Source: Chlorokybus atmophyticus
Taxonomy: Eukaryota > Plantae > Mesostigma and Chlorokybus algae
DNA length: 64,000 bases
NCBI GenBank assembly: GCA_009103225.1
Contig: RHPI01002533.1
Location: 1,865,186 to 1,929,185 of the forward strand
Reading direction: 5' to 3'
This document shows, piece after piece, positions 28,218 to 38,243 of this stretch (positions are counted from its first letter, which is position 1; each line of letters begins with the position of its first letter). Both the position numbers and the translations under genes were made by a program. The notes under the pieces are model-generated. The model made no database searches. It was not told the origin of the DNA and worked only from the letters and a program-made list of their open reading frames with translations.

Positions 28218-29140
28218 TATCCGACTCAATGTCTCCAGACCGCCAATGTCGGACGCATAGCCGTGCGATCGGGACGTGACGCGCTGCTCGTGATGCGCAC
28301 GATGTAACGCACGCATGGTTTGTCGATTGACTGTGTTGAGCAAGCGCCATTGACAAGGTGGTTGTCATGATGAAAGTTGCCACTCAGCCCCATGATTAGG
28401 TAATCTTGGCTGACGGAGCTGCCATGCTCTGGGGAAAAGGTGGGTGGAAGTTTTCGCCACGGTGGAAAAGTAGCGGTTTCAATCATAGGTACGCAGAGGG
28501 ACGAACAGGCGTTACGGAGCGAGGCAGAGAACGCGGGGCAAAGTACGGCGACAAAGTGTCGCACCGTTTTATCCGACGTCTCAAGGACAACTCCACTGAC
28601 ACGAGCAAAACAACAAGAAAGCAACACAACAGCGAAACCAGCAACTAAAAGCGCGGCAGCTCAGTGCATTGTTGTGTTATGAATCATGACATTAAGGCAC
28701 AAAGTCACACACTGGACCATTGTCAATGGTGAGTTGGGTGGGTTTGATCGATGAAAACCACACACATGCTCGTGAGTTGATTCTCATATGGCGCAGGGTG
28801 GCGCCAGGCAGCGGCGGTGGTGGCAGCGGTGGACGAGGCGGGGGTGAGGCGGCGGAGCAGGCGGTGCCAGCGTTGGAGGCTCCAAGCGAGCACCACGCGC
28901 ACGTTGGCGGGATGGAGGAGGGGCTCAGAGCGGGGAGGAGGAGAAGGAAGAGGGGGAGATCGTCGGGTAGGAGCAGTGCCTTCATCGTCTTTGTCGTCGT
29001 GGTCGTCAGCGTCAGCATCGTCCTTCGCTACAACACCGCCCAGGCACAGACGGTTGTGTTTGTCTCTCCCGCTGCCAGCTGCGCAAAACTTTAGCTGCAT
29101 TGTCGATTATCAGGCATCAAGACAGGTTGCTTGAAGGAGA

Positions 29141-32100
29141 ATGCAGGCTGTAGCTGCGTCCATCAGCAGGCAATCCGTCAGGTACAGCGATCGCCCAGGC
29201 AGCAACATCAGTAATGACAGCTCCACAACGACGCTGCTGCTGCCTCCGCCGGCAGCTGCAGTGGCGAGCTTGAGCGCACTGCCAGGGCTGCTGGTGCCGG
29301 TGGATTCACCCAACAGCTCCCTCGCCAACCACAGCGGGAGCGCCGGGGCGGGCAGCGACGCCCTAACGCCCATCAGCCCCACTTCTGACGCGGGCGAGCT
29401 TGAGCACACCGGAGGCGGCCATGGCAACCTCGGTGGCCATGCCTCCACCTCCGGGCGGGGTGGTTACGGCGACGGCGCCAGCACGTCGTTCAAGGGAGAT
29501 GGAGGCAGCAGCCTCCACCATGCCACTATTAACAGCGGCGGGAACCACCACCGCCAAGCGCCAGCACTCGACCCGCAGGCGGCGCTGCGCTTGCTATCGC
29601 CGTTCATTCCGCAGCTCCTGCTGCAGAAACTTAGTGCCGCAGGTAAGCTTCACAGCAAGCACCAAAATCACCAAGCATGTTGAGCACACAGTGGTAGAGA
29701 CATTATTGCTTGCATGCACTAGAGGGTTCTTGTCATGAAGCATCCAAATTGTTTGGGATCTTGCATGTTGTTAACTCGCAACAATTGGGAACGCTATGTA
29801 GTGGTGGATGCTGCACGGTGCCAACAGGATGGACTGATCTTCTTTGCCCCATCATCGAGCGGACTAACAACGTAGTGTGCATCTCTTTAGCTGGATTGTG
29901 CAAGGTTCGACAAGTGTTTTTGTTGCACAGGCAAAGAGCCCATGGTGCCTTCAATGGAGGTGTTGACGTGCGCCATGTTGGTTGCCGATATTTCCGGGTT
30001 TACTGCGCTCACAGAGCGTGCTTTGCTCAACCGTCGCGGCACGGAGATTGTGGAAGAGCTCACAGCATGCATGAACAGATATTTCACAGAGGTAAAGTGA
30101 TGTTCTTGCGGGAAAGCACGTTGTTGCAAGGGCCTCGTGAGAGTTGGCAAATAGAAGGCTCATTTTTTACATACATAGAATGCATGTCGTAGTGACTGTA
30201 AGGGTACGGGCGCAGTCTTACTTGCGTGAGTATATCAGGGACCAGGTCCAGTGCATGGAGCATTGCAAGTGACAGTCATGTTAGCAACAACACGTTGCTC
30301 CAGCAAACGTGACGCATTCTGCACAGTTGATCGGTGCACTGGCTGCATGACAATCAAACGGGGCACAGCATACACATGCCTAATTGCCAGGTGTCGCAGT
30401 GTTCATGGTGCAATGGTAATCAGTGTCTTTGTTCAGGCCATTGAGATTCTCATGGAATATGGTGGTGATGTGATCAAGGTATGCTGTCCGTGCAAGCGGC
30501 TATCCAGTTGAACTAGAAGTGTTGCATATGCAACTTGTGGCTGAGTTGCTGCATGTCACAAGATACCTTGCATGTTGATCTGATCATAGATGGTGCTGCA
30601 GTTTGCTGGAGACTCCATGCTTGTTGCCTTTCCATTGGATACTGCAGCCAGTGAGGTAAATATGCAATTGAGGGATTGCATGGGTCGTGCCACAACGCAG
30701 TACTGAACCCTTTTCTCCATGCTGTCTAGTCTTTGTCAGCATGCGCTTTGCGAGCAGCAAAGTGCGGTGATGACCTCGTTTGCACTCTGGGCGCCTACTC
30801 GCCCGAGGTAAGCAGAACCAGCTTGTTTACAATATGCATTTGTTGCAGCTTGGTCTGCAATTGTTGCGTCAACGTTGCTATGCCTGTCTTGAAGTGACTT
30901 TAACATCATGCTTTACAGCTTGGAGGCTACGGCACTACGGACTACAGCAGTGCCAACGACTCAGACGAGGGGTTGCCTCTAGCCCGAGGCTTGTCTCCTT
31001 GCGGTGGTGGACTGGGACCAACAAAAGTGCTTGTGGTGGATGACATTTTACCAAACAGGGTTGTCCTAGGCAGGATGCTAAGCAAGCTCGGCTGCGAGGT
31101 GCGGATTAACACACAACCAGCTGTTGGTGTTGTGGTTGGTACTAAGATGGTGTCTGCAGGTCATGCATGCGACCAATGGGCTTGATGCCGTTCAGCAATG
31201 CGAGCAGCAGGAGTTTGCGTTTGTTTTCATGGACCTGCTTATGCCCCCGGGCATGGACGGTTACGAAGCAACCAGGCGCATACGTGGGCTTGGATGCACG
31301 GCTTACATTTCAGCTGTAACTGGACAGAAGGAGAGCGAGGTTAGGGCCGCGTGTCAGGACGCTGGCATGGACGGCTTCCTTGTCAAACCCATCACCATGG
31401 GCACGCTCATGAAAATCATCACCCCCAAGATGGGGCACAGCACGCGTGGTCGTGACATTGGCTCACCTGCTCACTCGCGTCGCCGGCCTGCCGGCGCACA
31501 GCGGCTTCAGGCGGGAGTTCTTGGACCGCTTACTCTGTCTTTGAAAGTGATGGTTGGCATTGGAGAGGTGAGGGGACAGCTGCCTTTTATGTTGCAACTG
31601 GCATCAGCCTTACTGAACGAGGCCTCACATTTACACGCTTCTGCTTTGTAGATGGCGGCTTTTCGTACTGGCAGTGATGTTGAGTTGCCCTCCAATGCTC
31701 CGCGCTGGGAGTTTTTGCTCGCTGATTACAATGTCGGCGACTCAGCTGCGCCACGGCGGCAGCCAATCGAACAGATTCAACAGGCTGATGAGGTTGCGAA
31801 TCCCGGTAAGTTGCACCATTCACAGTTGGTTAGCAATGCCGACAACATGCCTTGGCTTTAGGGAACCTTCTTGCCTGCTCAGGTGACGTCATTTTGTCGC
31901 CTGAAATCTGGGCATTGGTGCACGCTGTCTGCGAAGGCGAGCACCTTCCCACTGGCAATGTGCGATTGAATAAAGTCACTGCGGAGGTACCTGAGGTTAT
32001 CCGACGAGAGCGCACGTATACCAAGGAAGAAGCCACTGAGGTGCTTGCGCAGCTCAGACCCTACATTCCAAATACGATCCGCAGTCGACTTGAGGCTGGG

Positions 32101-35100
32101 GAGAAGCATTCTCTTTCGGAGATACGGAGGTGCACAATCCTTTTCCTTGGCCTGCCATCTCTGAACCCCAAACTGCGCAACCCGGATCAGCTTGAGGCGG
32201 TTCAAACCGCCATGCGCGTTGTGCAAGGCGTGTTGAAAAAATTTGAAGGTTGCCTGGCACAGTTTCGAATGGACGAGAAAGGTAGGTGGCTGACCAGATG
32301 GTTTGTGAATAATGTATGGGCATGCAGCTTGAAGCAAGCTTATGAATGAATGTTTGGACCAGGTTTCTTGATGATATGTGCATATGGTGTCCTTGGGAAT
32401 ACGCATGAAGATGATCCTGCTCGCGGTGTTGCATCTGCCCTTGCCATCCGAGCCGGACTTGCACAGGAGGGTCAAGATGGTGTCATTGGCTTGACAACAG
32501 GTTGATTGATGTGTTTGCAAGCTAGCATCAATCAAGTGCTATATCTGTGACATTGCTGAACGAATTGCATGCTCTTGTGCGGTAAGCGGAAATATGATGC
32601 CCATATATCAATCTGGAGCTTGTCACACAGGCAAGCTCTTTTGTGCTACTGTTGGAAGCAAGCGTCGTTGCGAGTTCACTGTTTATGGCGACTCCATCAA
32701 CTTGAGTGCAAGACTGATGAAGAAGGCCAGAAACGAGGTTTGCACAGCAGTGACTGTCAGCTGCTGTCTACTGACTACTGACGCTGTAGGCTAATGTCCC
32801 TTGGTGCAGATTCTCGTTGATGCTGCCACATACACTGAGACAAAGGACATTTTTGACTACACCGTCCTACCCCCTGTCCAGGTCAAGGGAAAATCTATGC
32901 TGGTCCCGGTGTTCCGGCCGCAGGGCATAAAACCAGGCAAATCAAAATGGGCTTTCATGGAGGACACCCCTCCCGCAAAGCGCATAGATACGTCTCCGAA
33001 AAATAAGTACCCTGGGCCTCTCGTTGGTCGACAGCGGGAGACTGCCCTCATTCTGGAACGGATTAAACAGCTCACAACTGCCAGCACTGGCAGCGTGTTC
33101 ATCGTGGAAGGGTTGCCTGGCATTGGCAAGACAAGGCTGGTTGATGCCATCTGTAGCAATCTACCCGACACCTCTTGCCGTGTGCTATATGTCGCTGGCA
33201 AGAGCAAAGCGGAGCTGCTGACGCCTTGGAAGCGACTACTGAGCTCGCTGCTGTTTGACAAGAAGATGACAAACAAGCAGAAGGGCCTGAAAGTGCTTTC
33301 TTGCCTGGACTACTCTGCGTGGCCGGACGTACTGTTATTAGCAGACATCTTTGGCCTCGACTTCTCTGATCAAGACAAGGACACAATGGCGTTTCGCTCG
33401 CGCATGGACGACTCCCCGAGTCGTATGGCTACCTTTCCGACTCGACTTCAGGTGCGGCATCCCATGCATGTGAAGGTTGGAGCAATTGACAATGCGCTAA
33501 CGTCAGTGTCACTTGTAGGATCAACATAGACGAGGTACAACTGCCACGTCAACAGCTCAAGAACTTAGCAGCTTGAGAACATCCTCGCAAAGTCTGCAGC
33601 ATGAGGTGATTCCTCGTCATTGCTTTGGTTACCGTATTAGTTATCATGTTTGTTCAATAATCAATTCACAGCTGCTTCACTGCCTGTTTCTGGCAGCATC
33701 CTCGCAACATGAGCACACCAACCGCCTTGGACGGGCGCACGCTACGCGCTTCTGGTGCAGAGCATAAGCTAGCCCTGGGTTATCGGGCAGAAAAAATCTG
33801 CGAACTCATGCAGAAGCTTTTGCGCTCCATCATTCAGCCGCCGTGCATACTCGTGTTGGAAGACGCTCATGTATCCAACCACTTGCCCCAGTTTTGTTTA
33901 TGAATGGTTGCTGTGCAGCTTTTATCCTGTTCTCACCATCTCGCTTGCACAGTTTCTCTCTGCTGGTCTCCTTGACCATCAATACAGCACTTTGATCCGC
34001 TGTCATGGATTGTCGCAAAGCAGCTTGTCGGCGATGTCAGCTTTCCAATCCTCCTCTTGATTGCGATGCGCCCGATGGAGAATAAGCTCTCGCCAATGGA
34101 GGTCACTGCCATTGAAAATCTGCCAGTGACGATGAAGGTATGCGTGCGTGTGTGCACGTGTTTTCTGCACGTCCGCAACAGTTGCATCTTTGAACGGGCA
34201 AGCTGACTGGCGATGCAGGTTCGGCTCACAGAGCTGACGGAGGAAGAAGCACGCACCCTGGTTTCCAAGATTGTCGGCCCGCAGAAGGCTTCACAGCTGC
34301 CCGAAGCATACTACAGCACGATATATCAGAAGACCAAGGTCAGCACCCAGTAGCTTTGTGGATCGTTTGCTCCAAGGCATTGTAGCTTACGAACGTTACT
34401 GACATCTCATATCAGGGCCAGCCTTTGTTTGTTGAGCAAATGGCTGTTGCCATCAGCTCCAGCGACATCAATCAGTCTCTGGAGACAGAGACATTGACTC
34501 GCCCGATAGAGGCGTTAATAACCAGCAAGATAGATCAGCTCAACCCGATTGATGTACTCATGCTGAAGGTATTTTACTGCTTGTAGTGCCACACTGTTCA
34601 AAGGTTGGGACGAGGCACGCTGAAACATCGTTGTGCAGATTGCCAGTGTGATTGGCACAAGTTTTAGCACAAAACTGCTGCAAGCCGTCCTCAATAGTCA
34701 GCTGGCTCGAGAGCGGCGCACAGCTGGCAATAATGATGATGAGGTGCGTCTTTCGTCCCATGGCTGTTTCTATTACGTGTTTTCCATTGGACTCCCCTCA
34801 CCACTGGCATGGCAGGTCGTGTACCTGAACGATCATCAATTTATGATTGGGCTTCGTGAGCTTGAGCAGGAAAAGTGGTTCACGCGTCGACGAGAGGATG
34901 GCAAGGGCATGTATCACTTCACAAACTTTCTTTCCCGTGATGTAATGTACGAGATGATACCCATATCACAGCGGCGGACCATTCACACGGATGTGGCAGC
35001 CAAGCTGTTTGAGATGTCCGACAATAACAATGTTCCGAGCGCAATGGTGGCTTACCATTACACATTGGCCTGCCGCGATGTCGAACACTACGAGAACGAC

Positions 35101-37184
35101 CTTCTTGAAAATGCAATTCAACACTGGGAACGTGCTGCCGAGCATGCACTGCACACCTTTGGACAACATGTCACAGCGGTATGTATGCCTTGCTGCACCT
35201 GTGTGTCTATGCTACCACCCACTCCTTTGCTCTTGCAACTGGAAACAGTTTGTGTGCTGTGCAGATTCGGTACTACAAAGAGGCTGTTGCTCTTGGTGAG
35301 ATCGCTCGCAACGACATCAGCGCTAGTCGGCGTGCCATTTGGGAAAGGTTAGTCGTATGCCACTGGTTATGTTGGTATCTGGTCTTGACAGTCGCTGAAC
35401 GCCTAGTGCTTATGCGACACAGGCGCATCGCGTATGCTTACATGGCGATTGGGGACTTGGATGCCAGTATTGAGCATGTCATTAGCGCTTTGAAAGCTCT
35501 GGACGAGCCCATACCTGATGTACATGAGATGTCGAGGCGCAGTCAGATTGAAAGAGTGCGCAGCAACTGCCGAACAGGCTGCGGCAGCCTTGTTGCAGAG
35601 CTGTTCCTCAAAGCCTTTTACTCGCGACACACTCGCCTCATCCCGAGGCCAACTACTCCAATGAATGATGTAGTGATGGCGATCGAGTTCCGCTTGCAGG
35701 CTCTGTACGACCTAACAAGCATTGCTTTGTGCAAGGTAAGTCACACCAAGGGGACATACCGGACACGCTAGTTAGCATGCAACAAGTTGCAGCCTGATTG
35801 CTGAATACCAACTTTGTTGTTGTATTACCTTCTGGCCAGAATGACGTTGCCCTGGCCACATATGCCTGCTTGAGATACCTCAACTTGACTGAAAGCCTTG
35901 ATGGGTCGCACATAGAGCCGAGTATTGAGATGGCTCGAGCGTACTCCATCGCTTGTGCCATTGCAGAGGACCCGGAGTATGCATACGAGTACCAGGCAAG
36001 AATTGTTGCATTGTCACAACCTTTGCTAGTGTGCATGCTGCGTGAGCTACTGAGATGTTGGCTCCAAACAGGTTCGCTGTTTGGAAATCCAAGGCATGTG
36101 CACTTCTGCGGATGAGAGTATATACACAGCAGACATCCTATACAATATCGCTGTGAACTCTGTCACTCGGGGAGACTGGCAGAAAGCGGAAGAGTATGCG
36201 TTCGAGGCCACGACCATCTTTTTAAGTTTCCAGGACCAGCGGCAGGTGGACATGTGCCAGTGCATCACCGCCGTTGCAAACTACCATCAGGGCAACTTCG
36301 ACAGTTGCCAGACGGCAGCTGAGGTGCTGCACAGCTCGCGTTTGGGCCATCCAGACTTACGGCTTTGGGGGCTCTGCTTGCTTCTTGCCAGCCTCAACGG
36401 CCTTCGCAAGTACAAGAAAGCCATGACTGTGCTGCGCGCGTACCAAACCAAGGAGGATGAGATGGCCATCGCACCCGCTCCTACCATAATGAAGCTCTGC
36501 GTGAATGTCGTTGGCTGCGAGAGTTGCTGGCGATCTGGACAGCTGCATAGCCACCAAGAAGCTGTGTCGGTGGCGCTCACACTGTTGCCTGTAAGTGTTG
36601 CTACAGGTGGTCTTAAGCGTCATGCATGGTTTGTTTTAGAAATGTTAGCGAATTGTCTGGTTTCTCTTGATGCAGGAGCTGTTGGCAATCAAGCCCTTCA
36701 CCCCTCTCTATCCCATGGCAATGGTGTCGCTGCTTGAAGTCTTGGTGGAGTCGTTGAGCATTGAAATCACGGGCGTGACATTGCAACAGCGTCACTTAGC
36801 TGTGACCAAGCTAATGAAGGCCTTACATCGACTTGCCTACAGAATGAGTAAGTGTTGTCATCAGTCCAACATAACTTGTAGGTGTTGGGTGCGTATAGGT
36901 ACTTGATGTTGTTGTTGTTGTGCAGCGTTTATGTATGTCTATGTGAGCTTCTTCAAGGGCAAGCTTGCTGCCATCAAAGGTCAGCGCAAGAAGGCCGCGA
37001 AGTACTTCCACCAAGCTTTCAATGACGCGATGCACACAGGAATGCGGTAAGCAGCCTGTGCCATCTGCTGTATTCAATGCGTCATTCCATACAAGCAAGT
37101 TGCGTGGTCTTAACTGCTGATTGGGTGCTGCGCAGGCATGTACAGCGGGTAGCGAACGGTCTTTTTCATGAAAACCAACCATGA
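29141..37184 (+). CDS. Soluble-type class III adenylyl cyclase (ADCY10/sAC-like): C1 with inserted receiver domain, C2, STAND NTPase, helical/TPR-like C-terminus; more than 20 exons
   Basis: C1: LSPFIP, MLVADISGFTALTE, GGDVIK|FAGDS, LSLKVMVGIGE, WEFLLAD, GDVILSPE. C2: LSEIRRCTILF, MDEK|GFL, HEDDPARGV, GKLFCATVGSKRRCEFTVYGDSINLSARLM, VKGK. STAND: LVGRQRE, Walker A GLPGIGKT (33110-33133), Walker B LVLEDAH. Probable stop TGA at 37182-37184. Confidence 0.92.
31024..31425 (+). other. Response-regulator receiver (REC) domain encoded inside cyclase domain C1
   Basis: KVLVVDDILPNRVVLGRMLSKLGCE|VMHATNGLDAVQQCEQQEFAFVFMDLLMPPGMDGYEATRRIRG...SAVTG...DAGMDGFLVKPI. The DD pair, the phospho-acceptor D (31232-31234), the switch T and the K (31385-31387) are all present. 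Confidence 0.9.
33871..33987 (+). other. Candidate U12-type (minor spliceosome) intron in the cyclase gene
   Basis: The donor is GTATCCaa. A TCCTTGAC branch-like site at 33969-33976 lies 12 nt from the AG with no pyrimidine tract between them. The flanking exons join in frame (LEDAH|HFDPLSW). Positions +7/+8 deviate from the GTATCCTT consensus. Confidence 0.4.
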
Positions 37185-38243
37185 CATCGGGCACCATCAC
37201 CTAAGTTGACGGGCGTTGTGCACTGCTTTTGCGAATGGGTTATGGCCATGTCCATGCCATCAGCAAAGCTGCGCTGCAACTGGCCCAATAGGTAGCAGGA
37301 CAATCACTGAGGTAGAGTTGATGAGTTTTGAGAGTTGTAAATAGCAGCTGCAGGCCCACAGATGGCGCGCAAGTCCAAGACAAACTACTGAGAGAACACA
37401 AGTTCTTCAACAGCCTTTGCTGAAGGTGCGCTGCACGCTTTGTGATGGGTCATATGCCGTTGGGTAATCATGCCGTCATTTCGTTACAACCAAAGAGAAC
37501 AGGTCCTAAACATATTGTTTGTTTGACAGAGTTCCAGCGACCATCCCACCAGTCCAAGCTCAAGGGATGCTCTTTACGCAGGAGAAATAATAACTTTTGT
37601 AGGCCAGCGTAGTTCTAGTTTACAATAAGCCCCTCGGATAGCAATTCTGATGGCTAACCTTTAGGTATCTGCATATGCACTAGTGCCACCAAGCTCAAGG
37701 CACTGCGTAAGTATAGTTATTTCATCATTGACGGTTGCCGTTCAATTACTCAAAGGGCGTCTGCGACGCAACTTGATTGCAGTACGCACAGTAAGTAGTT
37801 GGCTGTGCCCGGTGGTGTTGGCTGTCGAATGATGGTATATTGCTTGAGGATGGTGTGTGCTGCCAGCCAGTGAGTGACACAGCACTTCACATACCCTATA
37901 CACTGTGCATGTGCACGCCGGATGCGCGGCACTTATTGCACGCCTAGTTGTTGGAGATTTGTTTACAACCGTCTCCAACATGCATCAACATTGTGTGGGT
38001 GTTTCCCACAGATGACACACAAGCGTTGCTCACATTGTCCTCAATGCTCAATGCTAGGTACAGTGACATTGCCCAGCAGGTACTGATGGCATTTGGCAAT
38101 GACCACCAGTGCTCATTGCCAAGTACACGCCACAGCGTGCTGCAGTACAAATTTTTATGCTGTTGAGCTGCTTGATACTTGACCGTTCACCAGCAATTTC
38201 AGTTTAAAAATTTTCTGAACACATGCACACAAAGCTACTCACA

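Noticed and set aside
28720-29134. GC-rich ORFs just upstream of the cyclase
   Set aside because: They show no domain signal or convincing splice into the cyclase frame; probably 5' UTR.
29141-37184. Bacterial contamination or recent transfer as the source of the REC-cyclase
   Set aside because: It has more than 20 spliceosomal introns, including one inside the REC domain, with the same intron style as its neighbours.
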